Source: Tubulanus polymorphus (Eukaryota > Animalia > Nemertea). Taken from it: 64,000 bases of DNA. The notes under the pieces are model-generated. The model was not told the origin of the DNA. It ran no database searches and saw only the letters and a list, made by a program, of their open reading frames with translations. The stretch spans positions 16,734,950 through 16,798,949 of the forward strand of contig NC_134029.1 in NCBI RefSeq assembly GCF_964204645.1. The letters run 5' to 3'. The position numbers and the translations under genes were made by a program. Shown here one piece after another: positions 27,403 through 41,084 of this stretch; positions within the stretch are counted from its first letter, which is position 1, and each line of letters starts with the position of its first letter.

Positions 27403-29430
27403 CTACAAAGATATCAAAAACAAAATGAGGGCGAAACTCTAAAACAAGCATCACGAATAGATACCATCTGGTAAAAGCCACAGTACACACTATTCAGAAA
27501 GCACACAACAAGTAAAAACTACGCATGATTTCCTAATATGTTGCATTAAGTAGCATTTACCCTTCTATCAAATAACCATATCAGGTCAATTGGCCCGGCC
27601 CCCCATTTCAAAAGTAACATTAGGTAAAGCAGTTGGCGGGATAATAGTACAGATCAATTATTTACCCGCTTGGCCAAAGGCCAACTCTCTACCGGTAATC
27701 AATAATTATCCAGTATGGCTTTCAAATAAACGCATTTGTTTCGCGATATCATTTTTTTTAACTTCGCCAACATTGCTTTCATTCTCTTATAACTAGTTTA
27801 TGAGGTTTTGTTATTGTCCGTCAACCTACAGGTAAGAATATTGCACTGGTTTAGTGGATGAATGTTGAGAATTTTCTATCAATTTAGCCACTTGGCAGGA
27901 TGGCAGGAATCGAAAGCGCAGCATCTTGACTATGAACTTGGCCATTAATATTGTTCCTGAAAATGCCCAAGACTAATTGGCAGGGGCAAGCAAGACCCAT
28001 AGCCTTACAGCATGGGCAAAAGACCCATATATGATACAATACTAAATGGCACAAGCAAAAAGACCCTTAGCCAAATGGCATAGGGCAAGAAAGACCCACA
28101 AGGTAAGGAATTTAGTTTATACCTCCACCGAGAACCTAGTGCCAGTGGTTTTCCTATCGATATAGCGAGAATAAGGAATTTGGGATAAACAATCACTGAG
28201 AACCTATCAGTGGTCTACCTATCGCTATCGCAAGAGTATAGAATCTAGTATATACCCTCACTGAGAACCTAGACAGGTAGGTCAGGTCAGTCAAAGGTTA
28301 CAATGAGGGCTCAATGGCTGCTTTGCGAGAGGACATAGAGACCCCTTTAAAGCATGAGTGGATAAAACAAATATGTTCTTAATTAGCTAGAAATATTCAG
28401 CTGCTCATTGATTTCAAGATTTACATGGGGGCTCCAATTCCCAAGCATCAAAACCTGAGTGAATGCGCTTTATAAGTAGAAACTGAAGTGGATTTCTTAT
28501 AAGTCACGGATACTGCTGGCAATTGTGCCAAGCCAGATGAGAAAGGGAATGACGAATATTCAATAGTGGTTCTTAAATCTATTTAAACATCATCAATTGT
28601 GGGTTCACATATCTTAGAACAGTGCAGGGAATTACAGAGCTTTACTATTTAAATCACAGCAATTGCTGCGCTCCCAGGATAGCAGTTCCAGGTAATGACG
28701 CACTTGGTTACAGGGCAAACTTGCCGAACTGAGCGATTTTTCTCTCTCAATATTTTATTGCAATGAAAAATAGAAGATTTATAGCTCGCGTTGCCTTCAG
28801 GTAACATCGTTCTTTATCCTGTTCGCTAGGATTGACGGCTTAACATGCGTTATCATACCTTCTGAGTGAACAAAACAAAATTCCAAAATTTTATCAGTGT
28901 GCGATAAAATATCTTGAGTGAATGGAATAGATTCCTGCACATGCTGGTTATACCTAGCTCGCACTTTCTTCAATATTTTGCAGGGGGTAAAATAAGCAAT
29001 TGCCGTATGCTTCATCCTTAGTTAAAATTTGGAATTGGATTTGGTGTTTTTTTTTTGTAAAGAAAATAAAATAAAATCGAATTGGATTGGATTCAATGTT
29101 TTTTTCTGAATAAAATTGATTTAAATTGGATTTTATGTTTTTGCTGATTTTAATCTACTTGAATTTGCTATTAAATACTTGGCTTATCAGCAAATCATCA
29201 ACATTAAAAAATTCATTTTACCCAAGCCTTAGACAACTATCAAAGATTGTCTTCTTTGCAAAAAAACATGTTCAAAGAAAGAGTTTCTGAAAAAAGATAG
29301 AAACTCTAATAATAAATAACTCTAATAACAAAGAGTTTTCTGCCAAAGGAGCCGAATCCGTAAAAGCATGAACTTGATTTTGGAAAAAATCATAGGAAAA
29401 AATCATAGGCGAGAATGAGAGAAAACAAAC

Positions 29431-29763
29431 CTCAGTAATTGGAGTTCTACATCTTTCTTCTAAACGTTTTTTAAGCATTTCCTTCTGTAATTTACTCTGG
29501 TGTTGGCGACAAACCCATGAACGAGATGTACGGGTTTTATATGTTATCTCCTTGCATCCGTCAACTGAACATTTCTGCATGCGTAATTTACGGCCAGCAG
29601 GTGAAGATTTCTCCGTCGACGACGTCACCTCCTTGTCGCTGATCGGTCGAATGTAAGTCATCGAGTCCTTCATATCCTGACCCTCGTTCATGTGAATTTC
29701 TCTGAGTGCTCCCTGGTGGTGAAGGCTTTCGTCAAAAAAGTCTTGTATATTCACCATCTCCAT
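29431..29763 (-). CDS. RFXAP: RFXAP first coding segment
   Basis: ATG at 29763; CSVDGCKEITYKTRTSRSWVCRQHQSKLQK resembles RFXAP 'CTYEGCSETT...PWMCKKHRNKMYK'; donor GAG|gtttgt; the three exons join in frame to 208 aa. Confidence 0.78.
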
Positions 29764-29803
29764 AACAATGTTAAAACTTCGAATCTTCGGATAAAAATGT
29801 CTT

Positions 29804-29866
29804 CTACGCAAGTAGTAATTCTGGTTTTAAAGGTGAAACAATTTCTTCTTCTTCCTGGAAATCCTC
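29804..29866 (-). CDS. DPH3: DPH3 last coding exon
   Basis: atcaaag|GAG GAT...; EDFQEEEEIVSPLKPELLLA* in phase with exon 2. Confidence 0.75.
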   Translation of the reverse strand, partial: EDFQEEEEIVSPLKPELLLA

Positions 29867-30298
29867 CTTTGATAAAAAATCAAATAAAAAATCAACATCT
29901 GAAATGCAGTATTGACAAGGATTGTTGATCGAACTAGGGCTAGGGGGTACATGCCCATGTGGCGAAATGTTTGGCAATCTGATGATGATTTCTATATTCA
30001 ACACGCTCGGATGAATATATTTCGAAAAGAATGAATTTGAAACTCAAAATAATCTTAGGTCAAGGAAACATTTTGGGTATTTTTCATTCCTAGAGCGGGA
30101 TATTAATTATGTAAACTTTCAAACACTGCATGTTAACTTGAAACTCACCACAATCATGAAATGTCATTTGCAATTGATCGCAGTTACAACTATGCATAGG
30201 TACTTGATTGCATTAACTGACTGAGGTAAAGGGATAAAGAGAACGCAATAGCCCTCTGGCTTTGCCCTAAGTGGGCTGAAATATGTAGGAAAACTTAC

Positions 30299-30373
30299 TG
30301 TATCATAAATAACTTTAATAATCAGAGAGCAACTGGGGCATTGAGCAATGTCTTCACCGTTCTGTAAATCTTC
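30299..30373 (-). CDS. DPH3: DPH3 exon 2
   Basis: [25 protein letters not shown] (second half of the CSL zinc finger); canonical splice sites. Confidence 0.92.
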
Positions 30374-30609
30374 CTAAAAATAAATGTTTCAAACACATCA
30401 ATTAGTTGACAACGCTTATATCATAAATAAACAATACAGCCTCAACGTGAGATAAAGTTATATTCAGTATTTTGCATAATAGATTGATACAAAGATATGA
30501 AATTACAATATGATACGAAACAGTATGAAAATCTAATTATTAGATTAAATATTAAATAGGAATTAGACCACTGGGCTCACTCAAAACCACCCGTAAGTTT
30601 TCACTAGAT

Positions 30610-30780
30610 ATAGCCTTACCTTACCCTAACCCTATCCCTAGGGGTAAAAACGGACCCTAAACCTCCCCTAACCCTAACCCTCTAGACCCTCTAAACCCTA
30701 ACCCTATCGAAACCCTAACCCTCTAACCCCATTATAATGATTTTATTGTTATATTTTATTAGTATATCTTATCATATACG
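30610..30780. repeat. Interspersed repeat with CCCTAA-like tracts (same family as 1-150)
   Basis: Degenerate ccctaa units embedded in sequence colinear with 1-150. Confidence 0.55.
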
Positions 30781-31789
30781 TCATTGGCAAAATAGCGTTT
30801 ACTAAAATAATGCCACATTATTGGCAAAATATCCACTTCCTTTGTAATCCAGTAAATTGCGTCAATCACGAGAGGTGCGGATCTGCACTTTTACCCAGGC
30901 TTTTTGTCACCAGGCCCTCATGAACTTAAGAACTCAGGAAGTTATGAACTCAGAACTCATGATGAACTCAAGATGTTGTCTAAGGGCTTCCATAGTTTTG
31001 TCTTGTGTGTGGTGTCGTACGGTGTGTTAGTCTAGTACCTAGCTGTCGTTCAGGGAACCGATCACTGAGAACCTTAGTGTCAGTGGTATATCGCTATCGC
31101 GACCCCTGACACTAAGTCGCGGAAGTCTAATTATATCATCACTACTCAGCTCACATTCATTCAACCGATTTCAAAAAATAAACCATCATTACAAACCTCT
31201 CATCTTTCTTGTTCTTACTGTTGTGTTTATTTAGCCATTTCGTCATCGTATTTTGTGTATGAAACAATTTTTCATGACTTGTCAAATATCCACGGTGGCG
31301 CAGATCGGTATCTATTGTTGTGTTGCTAAGATATTGATTTTTTCATGAGGGCAAGTCTCGCAAGAAACCATTTTTTAGTAAAGCAAAAGCGGTACTGAAA
31401 TATTTCTAGAAGCAATTTTTAGCTACTTGAACTTCAAATATATTCTTGGGAGCGTAAATGATGAAAAGATAACGACATAAGGTCAGTGTAGGTAGTTTAT
31501 TTATTGAAATCGGATGAGTAGTTGCCGAGTACTGATCAGAGGTTCAAGTGCCGACTGAGCGCCAGTCGGCAATTCCAAAATAAAGGTCCAATGGCCCTGT
31601 GGCTCACCATTAAATCATTGAGTGCATATATTGTCAAAAATATTATACTAAATATAGCTGCAAAGCAGCGATAACGGGTTTTTTGCTGTCTTAGAATCCT
31701 GTTCATCGGTGGATTTCGACAAAGCATTTGATAAGGCACAACATCAGCCATTACTAACTAAACAGGCTATTAGGAAACAGTATCAATGC

Positions 31790-31945
31790 AAGGTCGCCCA
31801 AATGGCTCAGCAGTTATCTCTGAACGAAAACTTATAGCCAAAATCAACGGAACGCCTCATCTTGGAATAAGTCGGTCTAACTAGTGGAGTCACGCTAGGT
31901 AGTATCCTAAGTCGTCTACTGTTTAATGTCCTGACAAATGACATA
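31790..31945 (+). pseudogene. Degenerate CR1/L2-like RT fragment
   Basis: Frameshifted remnants WLSSYL...KING...SGV..GSILS.LLFNVLTNDI. Confidence 0.4.
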
Positions 31946-32289
31946 CACAGTAATCCAAAATATACCGCAAATCAATTTTGACAAAGTATTGATGCGAATG
32001 ACCTATTTAGTTCATCGACCATGTACCGAACACTATTATTGTGCCCCAGCATTTGGGGGTCATTCTACTTGAACCCCAACATTCAATATGTCCACCAGAT
32101 TCTGGTGATGATAAAGTCATTTTAATTTTTCTGCCAACTTCATTTCTTCTTTCATATTCATCTAACATTAAACATCATTAAGTATGCGTCCCCTTATTGA
32201 AATTAGGAAGACCATAACTAGACCATATTTAAAATGTCGTGATTTTTATGTAGACTTTTTGCGATATTGTCTCAATAAATTGCCATACG

Positions 32290-33118
32290 TATCACGACAT
32301 TTTAGCTAAAGGAGTGATAATTATGTCGACGGTACGCCGTTATGTTGAGATACAGACGTCGACATTGGTGAAAGGCGTGATCCGTATAACGATTTATCGT
32401 GATATTAACACGATATATCGACTTAATTATGTCGATAAATCGCGATATATCACGTTTGTTCGACATAATTTCGTCGTGATAAAAGGTTGCGACGGTTTTG
32501 TACGGGTCCCATATATACCGAAGTACGGAAGCGATAAAGGGCCTCGAGTTGTCGCGTTCCAACTCGACAAAGTCGCCATATTTATGTCGACATATCGCAA
32601 TATATTGCTTCAAGTCGACATGAATATGTCGACATATTGTGACGTTTTGACGACATATTTCGTTTTCTCAACCATTTTCCTCGCAACAATTCGACATATT
32701 CATGACGACTTGAAACTCAGTTGCCATATAACTGGCGTCCTCATCTTACATTGCGACGTGTCTTCAAATGACGGCTTGTCCCTTGGAAAATGGGCGAAAA
32801 AGTACGGAAGCGATAAAGGGCCTCGAGATGTCGCGACGACATATTTCGTTTTCTCGACCATTTTCCTCGCGACAAGTCGACATATTCATGATGACTTGAA
32901 ACTCAGTCGTCATATTACTGGCGTCCTCATCTTACATTTAGACATGTCTTCAAACGGCTTGTCCCGTGGAAAATGAGCAAAAAAGCGAAATTTGTCGTGA
33001 AAATGTCACGATATGTTGACATATTCATGTCGACTTGACGCGATATATCGACATAAATATTGCGACTTGTCGAGTTTGAACGCGACAACTCGAGGCCCTT
33101 TATCGCTTCCGTACTATA
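32290..33118. mobile_element. Palindromic MITE with internal duplication
   Basis: Long TIR agtacggaagcgataaagggcctcgagttgtcgcgttc (from 32522), inverted at ~33078-33115; partial third copy at ~32801; many gtcgac repeats. Confidence 0.6.
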
Positions 33119-33204
33119 TCAGATTAATCGACTTCAAAATGGGCGAAAGCATAAGTCTTTATTACGTTATTAATTGGCCTAATTATTCAAAAGCTGATAA
33201 AGTG

Positions 33205-33428
33205 GGCGACAAAACCAAAAAAATTAATTGTCGCGGGCGATAAAACCAAAATAATTAATTTTCGCGGGCGATAAAACCAAAATAATCAATTGTCGCTGGC
33301 GATAAAACCAAAATATTGAATTGTCGCTGGCCATAAAACCAAAATATTGAATTGTCGCGGGCGACAAAACCAAACTAATGAATTGTCGCGGGCGATAAAA
33401 CCAAAATAATGAATTGTCGCGGGCGACA
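33205..33428. repeat. Tandem minisatellite, ~31-33 bp x ~7
   Basis: Repeated aaaaccaaaata(t)t(g)aattgtcgcgggcgat. Confidence 0.8.
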
Positions 33429-36400
33429 TTACTTAGTGCTAAAAAGCAGGGTTTTTGCGTGTTTTTCAAGAATAAGTCCCCTAAAACTAATTCGATCACT
33501 ATGAAATTTTTGTGGGCTCGAGAACTCATTGAGCCAAACCATGACACCAAAAATCAACACTATTGGTTCAACAGCCAATGTTTGTGCCTTGTTGACACAC
33601 CGGTACTCTATTCATTTTCAATGAAAACTGCTCCATCAGACCGTTTGCATAGGCAAACCTACGGTTCGCCAATAATGACTAGGGGTCATTCATTTATTAC
33701 GTACGCATTAGGGGAGGGGGTCAGTGCAATTGCGTACTGTAATGCTTAATGTATATGATAAAATGGCCGATTTTGCGTACAAAGGGGGGTTGAAAAATTC
33801 AAATTTTATGCGTAAGTAATAAATGAATGATCCCCTACGTGACTGGGTGGGTGGTTCACGCGAGCTCTTTAGTACACGCAGTATACGGAGTTCCATGAAC
33901 CAGCCATTCTCAGGACTGGATGAAGAAACCGGTGGTAAACAACAACTGGTATTCAGACTAACGGCGTGCTAGTCTAGTACCTAGCCGTTGTTCCCCAAAC
34001 AACGTCTAGGGCGAAAGTGCTCATATAAAGTTAATTTTCGAGGCTTTGAGGGTCTATTTCACCCCTTAAAACACCATCAACTTACCTCAAACTGACTGTT
34101 CTGTAATCAGATGGAAGTTAACTATTGTTTGTGCATAAATTTGTAATCCTAAGTAGCTTTTGACGATCGTAGTAACTCAAAACTTTTGCCTAGTCGCCTC
34201 AAATAAATTGCCCTTGGGCAAAGTGTGGTTTACCTTGAAAGCTAGAGGTTGTTTGGAGCAAGGGCATTGCTTGAAAATCTTTTTAATTCATCACTTCAAA
34301 GTTCTAGAAGTTTATACTGTATTTTATCTTTCTTAAAGAATTATTTTGTAGTCAAAAAGACCAAAGATAAACATTTGTTTATGGTCCAAAAATTTGTAGG
34401 GTAGGCGCGGCAGGGAAACTATTTTATAATTTCAAAAAAATATTTTTCACAATATGAAACAAGAAAATTAACTTTAATAAATTATTTGACGCCTGCCAAA
34501 AAATGTAGAATTTCTGGGATAAGCTAATGAGGAATTGCAAATTTGAAAATCGAAGTTTTAAGAAATTTGGGGAATTATGAGATTTGGCGATTGGGTAGAT
34601 GATACAGTCTTCGACTGGTCTAATTTAAAAAAAAATTGTCAACTTGTGACCGATTTCGATTCACTTTTGCCTCTAAGCTGGTCTGCAACTTCATTGCCTC
34701 CATGGTTGAAGAAAGAGCTCTTCTGATGTCTGCTGCTTCATCATGACTTCGAGCATATCGTGTAGCTAGCTGGCCCGGTCGACCGGGATCCCGGGGCCCG
34801 GTTTGGCTGTCACTCGATAGATATCCTAGACTTGAGTCTGGGTTGAAGTAGACATTGTCATTTAAATAACTTATTCATGTTATTCTGTATGAATTACCCG
34901 TGTGTCTTGTATTTTGTATTTTCTTAGTTTAAAATTTGTAACTTTATTGAATTTGGGAATTTTATCCCGGAATTTCAATGTAATAAGGATCAATAAAGTA
35001 TTGAATTGAATTGTCACCTTATACACATGCCATCAGTGGATGCGGAGCCGTATATGACAGTTATGCTATTATAAATTGCTAATCTCATGAAACCTGCATA
35101 CCCCTAATATCGAACATATTTTCTAAAACATTTGAATATTGAAATTATATGTTTACACGTTTTTATATAGACCGCTTGTAGCCGCCGATGAAATTCACGC
35201 CGGCCCTACTCAGATCGTAGATAGCTTCGTCATTCCACTAGCATCCCCATGTCAGGGTCTGACTTTTATATCAGACTTCCAAATCGTGTATACATCCGCC
35301 ATTTAACCGAATAATCCGATTTACTTATCATTTCTATTTATGCCTGCCGCTCCTGATATAATCATACATCTTTTACTATTATAATACGTCTTCTCATGAT
35401 ATTCAATGCAATGTAACATTTCGACGTTCAAATATAGGTCATTATATAATCACAGGGAGCCATTCTACATCTTTATCAATAATATTTTGCCAAATAGCTT
35501 GTATGTGTACACATAAACCTGTGACGTTTTGCACATCGATTTACGGTTGTCGTTTGTAAAATGACGCTGAATGGTTAGCATTATTTAGGTTTCATAATGG
35601 TAACGTTTTAAAAGGCGTCAAAAAATATTCAAATAAAATTCATATGATGCCACATGTCAGAGGTGGCTGAATATTGATCTTCTGCTACCACAATCATTCA
35701 GCCTAATATCATACCAAACGTGCACGCGCCAAGCAGCGTTACAGCATCTCCATATAGTAGCTAATGTTTAGCACTCCCGTCGTGCGCAAGTGGAGGCCTT
35801 GTGTAGTGAACGTTCGCTTCACTTCAATCTCAATCAACGGGTATTAAAATGAAACAATACCTATGGCGATATGTGAAATAATTATATTCTCGCCAGCAAT
35901 GAGCATTTAAAATTCGCACCTAGTCCAATGAAACGTCCGCCATAAATAGCTTCCCCATAATTATCCCAAAAACAGCCAATCAGATTCGCTCGTAGAGATG
36001 ACGCCCCCCAATCGAGGTCATTGCAATTTTACATGCAAGAGCTAAGAATTTTCGCCAAAAACAGTTTTTCGTCGAATTTAAACACAGTTGACCATTTCAT
36101 CGACGGAAGTTCGTCATGTCTTCAATCGCATCGATTATACATCGTTTAACCAGAGAACCAATGAAAAAATGCTCACATAAAAAGACGTACTGTGATTTTA
36201 CATGAATTGGCTCAATGCCAACCTCATACTGCTGACAAAGGTAAACCAAAAATAGTTGAAGTGAAGCAACATAACAAATATGGCGGCTTTTCGTGTTGCA
36301 TGATGGGAGTGTAAATTACGGATTCGGACTTGAACTTGGACTGACGACATTGATGCCAATGCAGATATTATTCTTGTTTCAAATTCTTAAGGAAGAACAG

Positions 36401-36794
36401 ACCAAAATTTGCGTTTTATCACCAAAAAATTACATTTCGAGTAATTTTAGAGAGGCATATTGAATTTACATATTTTATTAATTTAGTCCGTATTGGAAAT
36501 CCCGATTGTGGTAATCAATTCAATTCAAATCAAATCAATAAATTCTCCGTTTCGCGATTTAAATCATCAAAAATATTATCATAAAACACGTTTTCAAAGT
36601 CAACAAGGTAACTTGAGTACAAGGGTTTGATTTGACACTAAAATCAGTTGTTGCATTGCAATTAACAGGAGTTAACCTCTATTATATGATACTTTAGCGT
36701 CAGACGACAACAGGTCACAGGTATTAATTAGGAACCCGTGTCGTGTGGGTGTCGTGCCAGTGTCAGTGAGAATCCACTTCCCAGCCCGTTTTAC

Positions 36795-36902
36795 CTTAGT
36801 TATTTCAAATCTGTCTCCACAGGGACACGGGTAATAATAGGTGTCAGTGTCCTCATCAAATTCCATGTCCTCTATTTCAATCTCATCGTGATATATTGAC
36901 AT
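36795..36902 (-). CDS. DPH3: DPH3 (diphthamide biosynthesis protein 3/KTI11) exon 1
   Basis: [36 protein letters not shown]|gtaaaa. Confidence 0.95.
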
Positions 36903-39900
36903 AATCCGACGTCCCCGACTTAAATTCAGAATTAGCGTTATTCTCTAGTGTTAGATCCTGGGTACGATTTCCCGATGACGTCATGGATCAATTTCAATTC
37001 AATTCATACTTTATTGATCCTTGTCGAAACATTACAACATCAGATATACAACAATAAAGTGAACACATTACAATTACAGTTACAAACAAGAGAGACAAGT
37101 TAAAAAGGAGAAGAAAGAGAGAGAAAAAAAAAACATATGTAACAAAAATACGATTTACAAGTAATGACAAAAAAAGGAACATTTACACGTTCATGATTCG
37201 AGCGATCAATCAATTCTATGAGTTTATTGCTTCGGGACGGGAAAGAATATAAAAACGCCACGAAAAACTTATGTAGAAAGTGTATAATATTTAATCATTT
37301 GACACGAGCACATTGCCGATGCACACTCGGCCAGTCCTCAGTCCATTCCCTCGGCACTTTTTGGTGTTCCTCCGATATAGCCATATATTTTCCATATCTG
37401 AGTCGATTCTGTGTAAATTACATCTTGCGATTGAATCTTTTTTGTCTTTGTCGATTTCTATGTTATGTTTAGTGTTGACTCTATGGATTTAATAATGGGC
37501 CAGCGTGTTGAAACGGCAGAACCATTCAATTCAGGAACTCGACATGGCACCGCTTGTTTTGCGGAAATGCGGTGTTTTCATGTCTCCACCATATTTCTAG
37601 TTCTAGAATAGAAAATAAAGGAAAAAAGGACCCCAGAATTTGTCGAATATGATTATTATCTTTTAATTACTTTCGATCATCATTAAATTCATTGACAGAT
37701 TCATTCAGTAATTTTTTCAAGTATCTCGTACTCAATCTCTGTTTTGAAAAGCGCAAAAAATATTTCTTTGTTGAAAAAAGTTATCGTTTTTGAAATGTGC
37801 AAATAAGAATTAGTTGCACTGATAGGCTTGTAATGATTTATCGATATATGTTCCAGTTACAGAAAAATTTGTCTTGTTCTACCTGTCTCTGATAGAATGA
37901 TCAGTACCATATAAACGCACCCCCAGTACAATCTGTCTTGCAGCCATGTATGCTAGAAAAAGCTATGTCACATGATAAGTTAACACAGCTTTGACAGCCC
38001 ACCATTTCTAATGTCTGTAATAAATATTTTGGATGTATGTTTTCATTATTTTATCGCTTTTTGACATTGGAATATTCATATTCAAAATCAGTACCCTAAC
38101 GCCTACCACACAATCGTACTTAATTTAAATATTTCAATAAAATATTTTTTCAAAAATATTTCAAATAATGTACATATAAATACTGTTTAACAGTTGACTA
38201 TGGTACGTAGAACAGTGTTCATAACAACCGTAGCACATTAAAAGAAAATTGATAGATACCATATTTCTATGTCAGTCCCATAACGGGAAAATATGTAACG
38301 GGACGCGTATTTTTCAAATACAAGATGCTCATTACTATCTTTTTGTCTCTAGAAAGGTATATATTGTGTTATTTAAATCCCCATTAACTTTTGATAGCGT
38401 TTACGACGAATGAACTCAATTTCATGAAATATCGTAGAATCCGATGTCAGTCCCATAACGCCAATCCCATAACGTCGACATGTGTTATGGTACTGACATT
38501 TTAAGATCTTTAAGATATTTAAGAATATTCAATAAGGGTATTGGTGGCTTTTTCAAGTTTCCTGATCCGGATTAACTTAGTATTTTATCATTCGCCTAGG
38601 CAAGTGAAAAAACTAGCAGGGCCAGATATTCAGTAAAGTTCATTCTAAAATTCGTTACGGTACTGACATAAAATTCTAATTCCCACATCTGAGGTTGATT
38701 TTTTGTATATACGTAGGATGTAAATGCGCGCTGGCGTAAATTTCTACTACCTCAAGGCTACTTCTGTCATAGGTGAAAAACCTAGGTTGATCCCGGCCTT
38801 GAGTTTTATTTTACCACTTTCACCCAGGCCGAAAACACCACAGTATCGCAAAACAAGGTGTGACTATTTTTAGTATATAGTTCCCTGCTAGGATTTGTTC
38901 TGGGCATTCGCCCCATGGATTTCATACAATAGCAGTCTACAAAGTTTTACGTTATACGTGTTACGCCCTGTTAACAGTTGGTAGCTACGTCGAATAAACA
39001 GTTAGTTCTACGGACTCCTAATCCTTCATGGTTGATTTCTGTCGCCTCTGTCATGCAACATGGTAAAACTGTGTCAAATTAACTTATGTCAGATAAAGAA
39101 GCCAATGGACCCTGCTATCGTGGAGAGCCTAATCTGCACCCGGAATCTGCATTATTAGCTGGATGGACGTGTATCGGCCCCACTCCGCGCAGGTGCGCCA
39201 CCGTGCGGGATTTACGCGAAGCAGCAAACACAAACATGGCCACTCTCTCAATTTTCAATGATAGAAATCGTGTGTGCATTTCAATTATTTCGGCTGTTAG
39301 GGTTTTAAGGCACAATATAAGTTGATGATGTGATATGGCGATGTTAATTGATGATAATTCCGCAGTGAAGCTAGTCACGAACGGTGCCGATTGAGTGTAC
39401 AGCTGCCAAAAACACTGAAATGTGCGTAGTTGCGTAACTATTTTCAGTGAATTGCAGACGAAACATGAAGCCTTAACGGCCGTTTAGAAAAAAATTATAC
39501 CAATCGCAATTGTAAAATAAAAATGAGATAGAACCTAAGTTAAAATTCTGGCCATTTCTAAAATGTTATTACTAATTTTTAGTCAGTGCCGAACGTTTAG
39601 TTTTCCAACAATAATGAGGGGTGGTAGGTAGTCATGCAATTCAAGTCATCATTTATTACACGTTACTTCCGTGTTGTTGAAAATCTCGCGAGTCCTGGAC
39701 CAAACCCCAATGAACATTGTGATCTGTGTGCTGGCCACAAATGCACACAGATCACAATACACTACCCATTACACACTCCAGTACCCACAGCTTTTATATA
39801 TCCATCCAAATATTTAGAGTGTCTTTCTTCCTGGGTGACTCATTCCGTGTCAAAGTTGAGTTCGCGTCCACTCCAAAATTGTCGGCTCGCCTCTGAAAAG

Positions 39901-40641
39901 GACGAGTCCTGCACCAGCTGCTTACAGTGTGCGGGCAACACTACAAGCCGCCCCGTCGTGAGGTTTGAATAATCGAATAGGGTTAGTCTTGGTAAGAATA
40001 AAATAGGGCTGTGATGCAAATAAAACAAAGTCAATTTTAAATGAAAAAAAGGTGAGTAAAGTGTGAGTGAAATGATTAATATTTAAAACATTTGAATATT
40101 TATATTTGTTTAAGTTAGACTTAGTTTAGTAAAAGTATTGTTATAAAAAAGAAGATACTAATAACTTATTTTCATTATTTAACATTAAAATTTACATCTC
40201 GGCAACAAATTTTGTGTATGGAAGACAATATAAAATTGATAATATTACTAGAGTTAATCAAATATTATCAAATGAAACATATTTAATTACTGAACTAATA
40301 GATACTTTAGATAATGGTGCCAAAAATCCTAAAATATTTCATACAGTTTTAAATTATAAAGGTAGTTTAGATGAAAAAATAATAAATATTCTTGAAACTC
40401 CTTTCAATGAAAGAAATGATGATTTGATACTTTCTAAAATCAGAAATTTAATCCTAATGAAAAAATATATTGTTATTGCGGAGGTAAATATTTAAGATCA
40501 CATAAATCAAAGCAAACAATTAAACATATCAATGATGGAAAGAATAATAATTCTATATTGAAATAGGATTAAGCTGTATGTTATAATTATATAATAGTTT
40601 AACATTTTGAAATAAGTTTATGAATAACAATTAAATTGTTA

Positions 40642-40730
40642 AAATGTTAAATTGTTAGACTGTTGAAATGTTAAATTGTTAGACTGTTGAAATGTTAAAT
40701 TGTTAGACTGTTGAAATGATAAATTGTTAT
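40642..40730. repeat. 24-bp tandem repeat x ~3.5
   Basis: (aaatgttaaattgttagactgttg)n. Confidence 0.8.
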
Positions 40731-41084
40731 TTGATTTAATCTTTTAAAAGTTTGATATTTTAAAAATGATTATAAAATATTAAATTAAAAACTAGCAAAT
40801 ATTTATCAATTTTTCAATTTTTTATCTTAAATAAAGGATGGTTTCATTCCAACCGGAAGTAGTGACTTGAAACATTATTTAGTTGCTGGAGGATTAATTT
40901 TAGCTGCGCTATACTTTTATTATGAGAATATTAGTTAAGATCTGATTAATGAAAATATGAAATTAAGTAAGAAGTTAAAGAAGCTGAATGGAAATGGGCA
41001 TACAAATAATAATAATAAAAAAGTTATTGAAATAGATAAACTAATGAATTAATTAAATAATTTTTTCTTTTTTTCTACATGAGT

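Noticed and set aside
30610-30780. TTAGGG/CCCTAA tracts as telomere or interstitial telomere (also 1-150)
   Set aside because: Units are degenerate and embedded in a longer shared sequence; this is an interspersed repeat family
31197-31246. Possible alternative first coding exon for RFXAP (MTKWLNKHNSKNKKDE + GT donor, minus strand)
   Set aside because: Splicing to the 29866 acceptor gives a frame that hits TAA before the RFXAP sequence; no other support, though a non-coding 5' exon cannot be excluded
32314-32976. 220-aa ORF
   Set aside because: Lies within a palindromic, internally duplicated MITE; no recognisable domain
33205-33428. Regular ~32-bp repeats as a CRISPR array
   Set aside because: Units are contiguous with no unique spacers, there are no cas genes, and the context is a eukaryotic intron; it is a minisatellite
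39086-39972. Short Cys-rich ORFs just left of the viral region
   Set aside because: No recognisable motifs, splice structure or TAAATG starts; cannot be supported as genes
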